DNA of 64,000 bases from Ferruginibacter sp. (GTDB lineage: Bacteria; Bacteroidota; Bacteroidia; Chitinophagales; Chitinophagaceae), in contig JAHBTM010000006.1 in the NCBI GenBank assembly GCA_019638635.1, positions 4,360-68,359 of the forward strand. The letters are read 5' to 3'. Positions 10,357 to 20,459 of the stretch are shown piece after piece. The notes under the pieces are model-generated. The model saw only the letters and a list, made by a program, of their open reading frames with translations, did no database searches and was not told the DNA's origin. How positions within the stretch are numbered: position 1 is the stretch's first letter; every line of letters starts with the position of its first letter. The position numbers and the translations under genes are program-made.

Positions 10357-11802
10357 TTGCGCAACCTGCTTTCTTTTATAGCCGTGTGGGGATTGCTTTG
10401 TGTTGCCCCTTCTGCCAACGCGCAGTTTACACCCACTCCTCCGTTACCGGCCAATATTGAATCTCTGTTGAAAGCAGATACTACACTTCGTGTAGAAGTT
10501 ACTGAATGGCTGGTTACCGGAAATAAAAAAACCAAATCCTACATTATTGAACGTGAAATGCTGATTCGAAATGGGGATACCATAGAGTTGAAACAACTAC
10601 ATGCCCTGTTGGATGAATCACGACGGCTGGTGTATAATACCGCCTTGTTTACAGCCGTGGATATCACACCCGTGTTACTCGAAAACAATCAACTGAGCAT
10701 TGTAGTAACAGTACAGGAAAAATGGTACATCTATCCTTTACCAAATTTACAACTGGCCGACAGAAATTTCAATGAATGGTGGAACACATATAATGCTGAT
10801 GTTTCAAGATTGATTTATGGCGTGCGGTTCTTGCATTACAATACCAGTGGGCGCAGAGATCCGCTATCCATTACGCTCAACGCAGGATACACGAGAAACA
10901 TCTCCATTCAATATGCTTCACCGTATTCAAACCGTTCACTCACCGAAGGTTTTTCTTTGATTGCATCCTATTCTGATAACCGCGAAACCATTGTGTCTAC
11001 ATCCGACAATAATAAACTTCAGCTTTTTAAAACAGATAATTTCTCCAGAAAAAATTTCGTTTTCGGAGCCAATTACATGCGCAGAAACGGGTTCTATTTC
11101 CGGCATCAAATAGGTGCTACCATAAATTATACTGCAGTAGACGACTCGGTTGTTATTTTGAACCCACGCTTTTTTAATACGGAGAAAACCAGTATATGGT
11201 ACCCTGATTTTACCTACAAACTGCAATTTCTGAAAGTAGATAATGTCAATTATCCGCTCGATGGTTTGTCGTTCAGTGCAGGTGTACTCAAACGCGGGTT
11301 CGGTTTCACCGGAGGGATGAACATGACTGCCCTCGATTTTACCGTGAACCGGTATAAACCCCATGGAAATAACTGGTATAGTGCAGTAACGGTTGCCGGA
11401 CAATTGAAAGCGCCTTTTCGATTGTCTTATCTGAATAATCGTGCATTTGGTTATAAGGAGTATTACATCCGCGGGCTGGAGTATTATGCCATCGATGGTC
11501 CGGTTTCAGCACTCGCAAAGTATACATTGAAGAAGAAAATAGCGCAGTTTAATATACCGGTACCTTTTAAAAACGTAATAGCAAACCGTGTGCCTTTTCA
11601 GATTTTTGCTAAAGTGTATGGAGATGCCGGAGTGAGTTATAATACGCCGGAAACTGAAACCCGCCTCAATAACCGCTTTTTGTATTCCAGCGGTGTTGGC
11701 CTCGATATTTTATCGCTGTACGACATGAGCCTGAGGCTGGAGTACAGTTTTAATCAGTTAGGTGAAAACGGCCTATTTTTGCATATTACAGGAGCATTTT
11801 AA
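10357..11802 (+). CDS. Omp85/BamA-TamA family outer membrane protein with one POTRA domain
   Basis: Signal peptide, POTRA (GNKKTKSYIIEREM...LYNTALF...VTVQEKWYIYP), IRGLEYYAIDG loop motif, terminal Phe; TTG start. Confidence 0.8.
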   Translation: MRNLLSFIAVWGLLCVAPSANAQFTPTPPLPANIESLLKADTTLRVEVTEWLVTGNKKTKSYIIEREMLIRNGDTIELKQLHALLDESRRLVYNTALFTAVDITPVLLENNQLSIVVTVQEKWYIYPLPNLQLADRNFNEWWNTYNADVSRLIYGVRFLHYNTSGRRDPLSITLNAGYTRNISIQYASPYSNRSLTEGFSLIASYSDNRETIVSTSDNNKLQLFKTDNFSRKNFVFGANYMRRNGFYFRHQIGATINYTAVDDSVVILNPRFFNTEKTSIWYPDFTYKLQFLKVDNVNYPLDGLSFSAGVLKRGFGFTGGMNMTALDFTVNRYKPHGNNWYSAVTVAGQLKAPFRLSYLNNRAFGYKEYYIRGLEYYAIDGPVSALAKYTLKKKIAQFNIPVPFKNVIANRVPFQIFAKVYGDAGVSYNTPETETRLNNRFLYSSGVGLDILSLYDMSLRLEYSFNQLGENGLFLHITGAF

Positions 11803-11816
11803 TTCCTGATTGTACC

Positions 11817-12695
11817 ATGAGGATAGCGATTTACAGCAGAGGGGTTGACAGCAACCAAATACAGGATATCAAAACCCTGTTGGATGTACTTGTACAACAA
11901 GGCGTTGAACCTGTATTCTACCAGGATTTTTTCAACAGCATTTATTCAGCCATTGAATTTGAAGGAACTTACTCAACTTTCAATGCATCCGATAATCTGG
12001 ATACCGATATTGATTGTATGATTAGCCTCGGAGGAGACGGCACCATGTTGGATACCGTTACCCTCGTAAAAGATACTGGTATCCCGGTGTTGGGTATCAA
12101 TTACGGACGGTTGGGTTTTCTGGCCAACATAGGTAGAAACGAAATCAATGAAGCCATGGATGCGCTCATCAACCGCAAGTATGTGCTTGATAAAAGAACC
12201 CTACTGCACCTTGATGCCAATGTTCCGTTATTCGGTGATTGTCCGTATGCACTCAACGAATGTGCATTGCATAAAAAGGATACTTCGCCTATGATTAAAA
12301 TTCATACGTACCTCAACGGTGAGTTTTTGAACACATACTGGGCAGATGGACTCATCATTGCCACCCCTACCGGTTCTACCGGTTATTCGCTCAGTTGCAA
12401 TGGTCCGGTTGTTTTTCCCGACAGCAGCAGCTTCGTGATTACACCGGTTTCCCCGCACAATTTGTCAATACGCCCCATCATCATACCGGATAATACCATT
12501 GTCTCCTTCGAATTGGAAGGGAGAGCCGATGGGTTTATCTGCTCCCTCGACAGTCGCCGTGAAATGGTCACCAGTGAAGTGCAATTAGCAGTGAGAAAAG
12601 AATCTTTTGGCATCAACCTGATTCGCCTGAATGAAAACCATTTCCTGCAAACACTGCGCAATAAACTGTCGTGGGGCATTGATAAAAGAAATTAA
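11817..12695 (+). CDS. nadK: NAD(+) kinase
   Basis: SLGGDGTML, GINYGRLGFL, ALNE, ADGLIIATPTGSTGYSLS, PVSPHNL. Confidence 0.97.
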   Translation: MRIAIYSRGVDSNQIQDIKTLLDVLVQQGVEPVFYQDFFNSIYSAIEFEGTYSTFNASDNLDTDIDCMISLGGDGTMLDTVTLVKDTGIPVLGINYGRLGFLANIGRNEINEAMDALINRKYVLDKRTLLHLDANVPLFGDCPYALNECALHKKDTSPMIKIHTYLNGEFLNTYWADGLIIATPTGSTGYSLSCNGPVVFPDSSSFVITPVSPHNLSIRPIIIPDNTIVSFELEGRADGFICSLDSRREMVTSEVQLAVRKESFGINLIRLNENHFLQTLRNKLSWGIDKRN

Positions 12696-12712
12696 TTACG
12701 CAGATAGAAGGC

Positions 12713-13684
12713 ATGGCAAGTAAACCCAAAAAAATTCAAACGATTTATATCATTTATTGGGTGATGCTGGCCTATATCGTAGCCGCATTGATCTGGTGGT
12801 TTATTGCCCTCGACCAGCAGAACCGTGAAATGACCAACTATATGTTCCTTACTCTGGATAACGGAGACCCTCAATTTGCGAATGAGGTTGAACGCATCCG
12901 AAATTTCAGAAGCAGAAAACAGGCACAATACCTCGGAGAAGGACTTACCTTTTTCCTGCTGATTATCGGTGCTGCTATATTTGTATTCAGGGCCATGCGC
13001 AATCAACTGAAGCTTGGCCAGGAAAGACAAAGTTTTATGATGGCGGTTACGCACGAACTCAAAACACCGATTGCAGTGTCAAAACTTAATCTGGAAACAT
13101 TGCTGAAACGCAAACTGGATGAACCCGTTCAGCAAAAATTCCTGAATAACACCCTGGAGGAAATGAACCGACTGAATGCGTTGTGTAGCAACCTACTGAT
13201 GTCTTCTCAATTGGAAAGCGGAGGTTTTTCATTCACACCGGAGAAGCTGGATCTGTCTCAATTACTGCAAGGCTGTATCAACGAGGCTTCTATCCGTTTT
13301 CCTGCTCGTCGTATACACGATAACGTTAGCCAAGGCGTAGTGGTGACGGGTGACCGGTTTCAATGGCAGGTAGCATTCAATAACCTCATTGACAATGCAG
13401 TGAAATATTCAAAAGAAGATATCACAGTATCACTGCAAAACGGAAAGACAGATTGCATCATTCAGTTCGCAGATGCAGGTTCGGGAATCCCCGACAGCGA
13501 TAAGCCAAAAGTATTCGATAAGTTTTACCGCGTAGGCAATGAGGCTACAAAATCTGCCAAAGGCACCGGACTGGGGCTGTATCTTGTATCGCGCATCGTA
13601 AAGAAACATGGCGGTACTATTTTTATAACAGATCATCAACCCACAGGCAGCATTTTTAATATTCAATTACCGTTATCCGTATAG
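12713..13684 (+). CDS. Sensor histidine kinase (HisKA + HATPase)
   Basis: Two TM helices, THELKTPIA H-box, NLIDNAVKYS, DAGSGIP, FDKFYR, GTGLGL. Confidence 0.95.
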   Translation: MASKPKKIQTIYIIYWVMLAYIVAALIWWFIALDQQNREMTNYMFLTLDNGDPQFANEVERIRNFRSRKQAQYLGEGLTFFLLIIGAAIFVFRAMRNQLKLGQERQSFMMAVTHELKTPIAVSKLNLETLLKRKLDEPVQQKFLNNTLEEMNRLNALCSNLLMSSQLESGGFSFTPEKLDLSQLLQGCINEASIRFPARRIHDNVSQGVVVTGDRFQWQVAFNNLIDNAVKYSKEDITVSLQNGKTDCIIQFADAGSGIPDSDKPKVFDKFYRVGNEATKSAKGTGLGLYLVSRIVKKHGGTIFITDHQPTGSIFNIQLPLSV

Positions 13685-13685
13685 T

Positions 13686-14408
13686 ATGATGCAGGAAAAA
13701 AAAGATTCAATCCTTATAGTGGAAGATGAAGAAAACCTGATGGAAGCCCTGAAGCTAAACCTCGAACTGGAAGGCTATGAGGTTACCAGTTGTGCCAATG
13801 GAGCGCAGGCACTCGATATTGTACACAAGGAACATTTTGATTTGATTATCCTCGATATCATGTTGCCGGAAGTAGATGGCATCACCGTTTGTGAAACCAT
13901 TCGCCTGCAAAACGATGAAATTCCCATTCTTATCTTGAGCGCAAAGAATACCGGTGCCGACAGGGTGCTGGGATTAAAAAAAGGAGCGGATGATTACCTG
14001 ACCAAACCGTTCAATCTCGAAGAACTTTTGTTAAGGGTTAAAAAGCTGTTGCTCAAAAGTACACAGATTCATAGCGCACATACCGTACCCGATGTGTACA
14101 CATTTGGAAAAAATAAAATTGATTTTAAAGGTTTGGTATGCTCAGGACGCTCCGGTGAATGGATACCCCTCACCAAAAAAGAAGTGATGCTGCTCAAGCT
14201 GCTGGTGGAACATAAAAATGAAGTGGTTACCCGGGAGAAAATCTTACAAACCGTTTGGGGATACAACGTGTATCCTACCACCAGAACCATTGATAATTTC
14301 ATCCTCAATTTCAGAAAGTATTTTGAAGATGATAGCCGCCATCCTGTGTATTTTCATTCAGTGAGGGGGTTGGGATATAAGTTTACACCTGTCGAAAGTA
14401 AAACCTGA
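13686..14408 (+). CDS. OmpR-family response regulator
   Basis: ILIVEDE, LIILDIMLP, GADDYLTKPF, winged helix RTIDNFILNFRK...VRGLGYKF. Confidence 0.95.
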   Translation: MMQEKKDSILIVEDEENLMEALKLNLELEGYEVTSCANGAQALDIVHKEHFDLIILDIMLPEVDGITVCETIRLQNDEIPILILSAKNTGADRVLGLKKGADDYLTKPFNLEELLLRVKKLLLKSTQIHSAHTVPDVYTFGKNKIDFKGLVCSGRSGEWIPLTKKEVMLLKLLVEHKNEVVTREKILQTVWGYNVYPTTRTIDNFILNFRKYFEDDSRHPVYFHSVRGLGYKFTPVESKT

Positions 14409-16170
14409 GCGATGCTGTTAGTTCCATGGCCCGGTCAAGTACTTCCGTGGGCTGATGCGCAGGGGTAATAGGCGCATACATATTCATTTCTAGTTCCTGT
14501 AGTAATTGTACCGTTGCTTGATGCAATGTCTCCGGCACTCCCTGCTTGTCTAATGTGTTTGCAATGGTTGCTGTATCAGTATACAGTGGCAGATGCAGCT
14601 TCGTACATAAGTGGTGTTTAAATTCCTGATGTAATGATTTGTAAAATGCATGTTCATTCCCGGGTTGTAATGCCAACCTGCTTTGGGTGAAAATATCTTC
14701 AAGTTCAGGTGTAACGACTTGCGGAGCTTTAGCATCTGCAATGCTAACCGGAGCGGATTTTATTTTTGATTTTTTTCTTCTGAACAATACAAACGCCACG
14801 GTTATCAAAAGTAATAGGGCAGTACCTGAAAGAATAAAAAGTACATTACGTGACAATGAAGTGTTGGCGGTAGTGGCGATAGGGTTGGGTTCATCTGTTG
14901 CAGCAAGCACATGCATTTCCAGTGCAGGGGCGGTTAGTGTTTCATAATTTTTTTTAACGGGGTTGAATACAGTAAACGATGCCGCAGGCAGGGTATACTC
15001 ACCCGGTGTTCTTACCAGAAACGGAATGATAAATTTCCGGCTGCCCGAAATATTTTCAGCGGTTAATCCAACATCATCCTGTATCACAGCCTCCAATGGT
15101 TCAAGTTCTTCAGGCCATTCAATTGCCGGCGGGGTTAACAATTGCAGATTACCTGAACCTTGCACTTCCAACACCAGTTTACCTTCTTTTTGAACCGGGA
15201 ACACGTACTGCATCAAAGTTGCATTGAAAGTAAAATCACCTACTGCTCCATTGAAACCTGCAGGAGGGTGAGCGGGTAAGGGCAACACCTTAACCGTGGC
15301 TTCATTGCTGGTTAATTGTACACGTTGCACCTTTACATTGGTTAAGAAGGGATCATAGTTCGGATCAAAAGGATCCAGTGAAACCCCCTGTGGAATCAGG
15401 TACACGTTGTTTTCCAACACTGCATTTTCAATGGTGAATGTACCGGTTTGTAATGGAATGAGCTGAACCTTTCGTATGGTGTACACATTATACTCCTTTC
15501 CATCTATCGTGTCCGTTTTTTCTTCTCCTTCATTTTCTTGCGGTATATCTGTTACCGAGAATCCATTGAAAGAAGGATTCCGTGTGAGTTTACTATCACA
15601 TTTCAAGCGTGAATACAGTTTATATTCGGCAATGAGGGGCTCCCCGTTGTAACACGTTGTTTTATCCGTTTCTAAACGGATGAATACTTCGTTACGAATT
15701 TTCTGTTCCAATGCTTTACGATCTGTCGGCCATTCTTCTTCAGATTGAAACGGGTTGGCTGGTTTGCGGCTATTGGAAGTGTTCAGCCTTCTTCCGGAAA
15801 GGATGTTGAGTTTGAGTTCGGGAAAACTTTGAACATCTTCTTCTGTACGTACCATTGCCGGAGGTAGGGTAAATTTTCCGGGTTGATTTATTACAACAGT
15901 AAAGGATACACTAAATTCTCTGGAAACCTTTCCATTTATTTTATGTTCACTGGCCGATTGAAATGGGCCTCCGATGTATCGCATGTTTTCATGGGTTGGT
16001 TGCCTGAATTGGCGGATGTGGGTGGTTCCTTTTATAGTAAATTGTAAAGTGAAAGGTTCGTTGGCATACAATTCTTTGGGTGCTGTAACCACTTCAAGTT
16101 GTAACTGCGCATACGTATTGCCGTTATAAATCAGGCAGAGAATACATAACGATAGTAAAATCTTCTTCAT
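14383..16170 (-). CDS. BatD family protein
   Basis: Signal peptide, repeated BatD Ig-like domains (FTLQFTI, YNGEPLIAEYKLY, GAVGDFTF, GSGNL), C-terminal TM helix; overlaps the 3' end of the response regulator. Confidence 0.85.
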   Translation of the reverse strand: MKKILLSLCILCLIYNGNTYAQLQLEVVTAPKELYANEPFTLQFTIKGTTHIRQFRQPTHENMRYIGGPFQSASEHKINGKVSREFSVSFTVVINQPGKFTLPPAMVRTEEDVQSFPELKLNILSGRRLNTSNSRKPANPFQSEEEWPTDRKALEQKIRNEVFIRLETDKTTCYNGEPLIAEYKLYSRLKCDSKLTRNPSFNGFSVTDIPQENEGEEKTDTIDGKEYNVYTIRKVQLIPLQTGTFTIENAVLENNVYLIPQGVSLDPFDPNYDPFLTNVKVQRVQLTSNEATVKVLPLPAHPPAGFNGAVGDFTFNATLMQYVFPVQKEGKLVLEVQGSGNLQLLTPPAIEWPEELEPLEAVIQDDVGLTAENISGSRKFIIPFLVRTPGEYTLPAASFTVFNPVKKNYETLTAPALEMHVLAATDEPNPIATTANTSLSRNVLFILSGTALLLLITVAFVLFRRKKSKIKSAPVSIADAKAPQVVTPELEDIFTQSRLALQPGNEHAFYKSLHQEFKHHLCTKLHLPLYTDTATIANTLDKQGVPETLHQATVQLLQELEMNMYAPITPAHQPTEVLDRAMELTASLRFYFRQV

Positions 16171-16248
16171 GCGTACTATGCAAATCTATAGGATATTACA
16201 AAGTTTATGTACCAAAGTGTCAGAAGAACGGGTGCAAGGTTATGTTAA

Positions 16249-16947
16249 TTATAAATCGCCCAATTGTGGTCGCACAACGAGTTGTTCCACTGTAGCCTGA
16301 GGGCTTAGTTGCGATGTGGCTACAACCAGTGCGGCAATATCTTCAGCTTCCATGATGCGCCCGGTTGAGTTGTCGAACCCTACCCATGAATCTGTAAATA
16401 CCGCACCCGGATATACAGCAGTTACCTTAATACCCTTTGTTTTTAATTCATGCCTCAGGTTCAGCGAAAACCCGTGTAACGCATGTTTGCTGATACTATA
16501 ACTGCCACCGCCCGGATAGGCATGCAAGGAGGCTATAGAACACATATTGAAGATGTGTCCGCGCCCGGCCTGTATCATAGACGGTAATAAAGCACGTGTT
16601 AAATGGTACGCACTGTAAAAGTTTATCCGCATCATGGCATCCATCTGCCCTTCTGCTTCATCCATACAGTTCCCCGGTTCAAATTTACCGGCATTGTTTA
16701 CCAGTATATCAGGGGCCCCATATTGAAGGCACCATGCGCCAAAGGCTTTTACTTCGGATACTTCCGATAGATTGGCTACATAGTATAACACTTCAGTTTT
16801 CGGGTATGCTTTATGAATGGCGTTGACCGCCAACTCCAAATTAACCTGGTTGGAGGCACATAGCAATAATCTACAGCCTTCTTTTGCAAAATGTTGCGCA
16901 ATAGCATATCCAATACCACGGCTGGCTCCGGTAATTATTACATTCAT
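16249..16947 (-). CDS. SDR family oxidoreductase
   Basis: ITGASRGIG, LVNNAG, NMCS, YSISK catalytic motif; likely start ATG 16947. Confidence 0.95.
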   Translation of the reverse strand: MNVIITGASRGIGYAIAQHFAKEGCRLLLCASNQVNLELAVNAIHKAYPKTEVLYYVANLSEVSEVKAFGAWCLQYGAPDILVNNAGKFEPGNCMDEAEGQMDAMMRINFYSAYHLTRALLPSMIQAGRGHIFNMCSIASLHAYPGGGSYSISKHALHGFSLNLRHELKTKGIKVTAVYPGAVFTDSWVGFDNSTGRIMEAEDIAALVVATSQLSPQATVEQLVVRPQLGDL

Positions 16948-17013
16948 ACCGTAAATTAACAGCAATTGATAACTTTGCACAAAATTATTCCCCGGTTAAA
17001 CACCTGATTTTCT

Positions 17014-17712
17014 ATGCCATCGTATCAACACCTGTTTTTTGATCTTGACCACACCTTGTGGGATTTTGATAAAAATGCTTCCATTGCTTTAAAAATTTTA
17101 TTTGAGGAGGAAGGGTTGAACAACAAAATTCAGGCACCGTTTGAAGATTTCTACCGCACCTACCTACACCACAACGAAGTACTTTGGAACCGATATCACC
17201 ATGGATTCATTTCTGCAGAGGATTTGAAATGGAGAAGAATGTGGCGTACACTCCTCGAGTTTAAAGTGGCCGATGAGGAATTATCCAAAACATTGGGCGT
17301 TAAGTTTCTGGACATTTTACCGATACAGAAAGAAGTTTTTCCCTACACATTCGAAATACTCCGTTATTTATCTGATAAAGGATATGTTTTACATCTTATT
17401 ACAAACGGTTTTCAAAAAACACAGCGTACCAAATTAATGCACAGCGGTCTGGAGCCGTATTTCCGGCATATGATTACCTCTGAATGCAGTAACAGTGTAA
17501 AGCCTAAAAAGGAGATTTTTGAATATGCCTTGCAGAAAAGTGGTGCCGCACTGAATGAAAGCCTGATGATTGGTGATAATCTGGATGCCGATATACAAGG
17601 GGCTATCAATGCCGGTATGGATTCTGTTTTTGTGAATCATACTCAAAAGCCACACAGTAGTTTATCTACATACACCATTACACACCTGAAAGAGCTTGAA
17701 CATATACTATAA
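17014..17712 (+). CDS. yjjG: YjjG family HAD pyrimidine nucleotidase
   Basis: FFDLDHTLWDF, LITNGF, VKPKKEIF, MIGDNLDADIQGA. Confidence 0.92.
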   Translation: MPSYQHLFFDLDHTLWDFDKNASIALKILFEEEGLNNKIQAPFEDFYRTYLHHNEVLWNRYHHGFISAEDLKWRRMWRTLLEFKVADEELSKTLGVKFLDILPIQKEVFPYTFEILRYLSDKGYVLHLITNGFQKTQRTKLMHSGLEPYFRHMITSECSNSVKPKKEIFEYALQKSGAALNESLMIGDNLDADIQGAINAGMDSVFVNHTQKPHSSLSTYTITHLKELEHIL

Positions 17713-17736
17713 AAAAATCCCGCACAGTGGCGGGAT
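17711..17736 (-). terminator. Intrinsic terminator of the small Cys-rich gene
   Basis: ATCCCGC/GCGGGAT stem with an A7 tract on + (U tract on -). Confidence 0.7.
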
Positions 17737-17756
17737 AATCAATGCGTTTGAACGGA

Positions 17757-17963
17757 TTACAACTTAGCTGTTTTTTCCGCTTTGCTTTTGCAGCAAGATT
17801 TTTTTTCTGCTGTTCCTTTATCTCCGCATGAAGCAGATTTTTTGGTAGAGCAGGAAGATTTTCCTTTTGCACATTTTTTCTTCTTCCCGCCTTCACCTTC
17901 GTGCGCAAACGCAACTCCGGTAAACAGGAAAGCAGCTGTGGCCAGTAAAAAAACTTTTTTCAT
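17757..17963 (-). CDS. Small secreted Cys/Lys-rich protein (68 aa)
   Basis: MKKVFLLATAAFLFTGVAFA signal peptide (AFA cleavage site); mature part has 5 Cys and many Lys; own terminator; start ATG 17963. Confidence 0.8.
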   Translation of the reverse strand: MKKVFLLATAAFLFTGVAFAHEGEGGKKKKCAKGKSSCSTKKSASCGDKGTAEKKSCCKSKAEKTAKL

Positions 17964-18044
17964 TCGAATGAACTTTTTAAAGTGATTAATCAGGGTAAAG
18001 TTAAACAATATGTGTTAAAGTTGAAAACACATTCGTTAAAAGGC

Positions 18045-18701
18045 TTATAAAGTGGCAATGACCGTTACTCCGCCCTGCACTTTTTGATTCATCTGCACAT
18101 TAACGCGTGTTCCGGGAGGCAAGAGTAGATCAACCCGGCTGCCGAACTTGATGAATCCCAGTTCTTCACCTTGTTTAACTTCTTGTCCTTCAACAAGATA
18201 GTTTACAATGCGCTTTGCCAAGGCTCCGGCAATCTGCTTCACGAGGATATCTGTTTGTCCTTTTCGGATCACCACGGAATGTCGTTCATTTTCGGTGGAT
18301 GATTTGGGATGCCACGCCACGAGGTATTTTCCTTTGTGGTATTTGTTATACACCACGGTACCTGAAACGGGATTTCTATTCACATGTACATTCGCCGGGC
18401 TCATGAAAATGGATACCTGTAATCTTTTTTCGTGGAAATATTCTTCATCATGTGTCTCCTCTATCACTACCACTTTTCCATCTGCCGGTGCAATAATGCT
18501 GCCGTCCTGAATAGTGAGCGTACGTTTGGGTATGCGGAAAAAAGAAACGATGAACAGTAAAAGGATGAACGTAAGCGCCAGCACCGTATAACAGAGCCAG
18601 GGATATTGCGCACGGAATATCCAGAACATAGTAAGGTTTATAGCTCCGAAAATTAAAGTGGCAACCGCAATAGACTTGTATCCCTCATGGTGAATGGTCA
18701 T
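18045..18701 (-). CDS. psd: Phosphatidylserine decarboxylase (short type)
   Basis: SFFRIP, IIAPADGKV, SIFMSPANVHVNR, KQIAG, FIKFGSRVDL cleavage motif. Confidence 0.96.
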   Translation of the reverse strand: MTIHHEGYKSIAVATLIFGAINLTMFWIFRAQYPWLCYTVLALTFILLLFIVSFFRIPKRTLTIQDGSIIAPADGKVVVIEETHDEEYFHEKRLQVSIFMSPANVHVNRNPVSGTVVYNKYHKGKYLVAWHPKSSTENERHSVVIRKGQTDILVKQIAGALAKRIVNYLVEGQEVKQGEELGFIKFGSRVDLLLPPGTRVNVQMNQKVQGGVTVIATL

Positions 18702-18734
18702 GATCAGTATTTAAGTCGCAAATGTACGCGCAAT

Positions 18735-19421
18735 TTATTTATACATAAAGAGCTGAACATACAGCCATACAGCAGGCGCTGCAAAGAGGAGTGAATCGAA
18801 ACGATCGAGAAAACCGCCATGGCCGGGAAGAATGCTTCCACTGTCTTTCACACCCGCCCGCCGTTTGAGTTTACTTTCATACAAATCTCCCAACGTACCG
18901 AATACCGCACACAAGGCGCTGATCACCAGCATATCGGTCCAGTGAATCATCTTGGTATAAAACCACGCAAAAATGGTCATGGACACAATACATAATATGG
19001 CACCGCCAATAGTGCCTTCCCAGGTTTTCTTTGGGGAGATAGGGCTGAAAGGTGTTTTACCGATGAGGGAACCAACTATATATGCCATGGTGTCATTGAT
19101 CCAGATAGAACATATCAATAGGGTGGGAATTACCGGATCATGATAGAGAATATAATCAGGATGCGGAACGGCAAAGCCTAAACTGGCAAATAGCAAAATC
19201 GGAATTACGATATACACAATGGCATGCACATATTTCATTCCCCCTCGTTCTGGCCGGATGAGGTGCATTAACTGAAAGAATTCTTTCATTGCACCCACAA
19301 TAATGATGGCACACAAAATAGCAAACGCATACCCGTTCACCATGAGTCCTGCCAGCATCACCCCTGCGAACACCACTGCAGTAAGGGCGCGTGTTTTAAA
19401 AATTTCTTTATTCAGTGCCAC
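18735..19421 (-). CDS. cdsA: Phosphatidate cytidylyltransferase
   Basis: WINDTMAYIVG, ISPKKTWEG, GDLYESKLKR, KDSGSILPGHGGFLDRFDS. Confidence 0.96.
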   Translation of the reverse strand: MALNKEIFKTRALTAVVFAGVMLAGLMVNGYAFAILCAIIIVGAMKEFFQLMHLIRPERGGMKYVHAIVYIVIPILLFASLGFAVPHPDYILYHDPVIPTLLICSIWINDTMAYIVGSLIGKTPFSPISPKKTWEGTIGGAILCIVSMTIFAWFYTKMIHWTDMLVISALCAVFGTLGDLYESKLKRRAGVKDSGSILPGHGGFLDRFDSLLFAAPAVWLYVQLFMYK

Positions 19422-20418
19422 CCGTTGTATTTTTAAAAGGGTTTCCGGTAGTACTTTGTTCAGTCAGCGCTTTTTCTTTTTCGGCTATGCGTAACCGGTT
19501 GTTTCTAGAATACAGGTTGATCCAATAAAATCCCCCTATGGTCAACAACACTGTAGGAATGATACTCCACCATGGCAACCGGGGATCAATATCATCGAGT
19601 TTAACTTCTGCATGTGTTTGGTTATACCAGAACAATTGTGCAGCAGCCAGGGCATTATTGGCAAAATGCACAAAAGTGTTCACCCACAAATTTCTCGTTT
19701 TGTAAAACAATAAACCAAGTACCACACCTAGAATCATCCGGCTTAGAAAAAGATACACGGATGCATGAATAAGGCTGAAGATTAGGGATGTAACCACTAT
19801 AGCGAGTATGGGTTTACCCCACCAGCGTTCAAAGAGCGTTTGCATCGTTCCCCTGAAAAACATTTCTTCAAACAAAGCGGGAAGCAAAGCCATAAAGATG
19901 AGTGCCATAATAAATTCACCCCATCCGGTGAGGTTGGCCAACACTTTTACCTGGCGTTCATAATCAGCTTCCAGTTTCATGGCCAGTTGGTTCAACTCCG
20001 GAAATCCGGCCACTACATTTTTAGTCATATCGGCCAAAGGAGAGGCAATCAGATTGGCAAAAAATATGAGTGCAAACCCAATAATAAGCTGTTGCACATT
20101 GAACCATCGGTTGAATCCCATCCAAAACCAATTTTTCCCCTGTACAATCCAGGAGAAAAGAACCGCCGGCAGAAACATCATACAAAAGGTTCCGGCAGCA
20201 TTCATCAACCTGACATACGTAGCGTTTTCTGGTTGCAGGAGTTTGTCCATAAAACCATCTGTACCCTCCGTCAGGGTAACGTTCATCCCATCCATTTGAG
20301 ATAAAACCAACATTTGGACAAAGGAGGCCAGTATCAATCCTGCACCCAAAAGTGCAATTAAAACACCTGTTTGCCCCCAGCCTGTAAATCCCTTTAAACT
20401 TCTGTATTGCATGCTCAC
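19408..20418 (-). CDS. CPBP (Abi/CAAX) family intramembrane metalloprotease
   Basis: PALFEEMFFRG, FSLIH, HFANN motifs; start is GTG 20418 or ATG 20412. Confidence 0.92.
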   Translation of the reverse strand: MSMQYRSLKGFTGWGQTGVLIALLGAGLILASFVQMLVLSQMDGMNVTLTEGTDGFMDKLLQPENATYVRLMNAAGTFCMMFLPAVLFSWIVQGKNWFWMGFNRWFNVQQLIIGFALIFFANLIASPLADMTKNVVAGFPELNQLAMKLEADYERQVKVLANLTGWGEFIMALIFMALLPALFEEMFFRGTMQTLFERWWGKPILAIVVTSLIFSLIHASVYLFLSRMILGVVLGLLFYKTRNLWVNTFVHFANNALAAAQLFWYNQTHAEVKLDDIDPRLPWWSIIPTVLLTIGGFYWINLYSRNNRLRIAEKEKALTEQSTTGNPFKNTTGGTE

Positions 20419-20459
20419 CGGATAAATAGTAACTTTGCAGCCGCAATATACATAACTAA

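Noticed and set aside
17757-17963. Assignment as a bufferin or other RiPP precursor
   Set aside because: No DUF692/MNIO, radical SAM or transporter gene nearby; kept only as an unassigned small protein.
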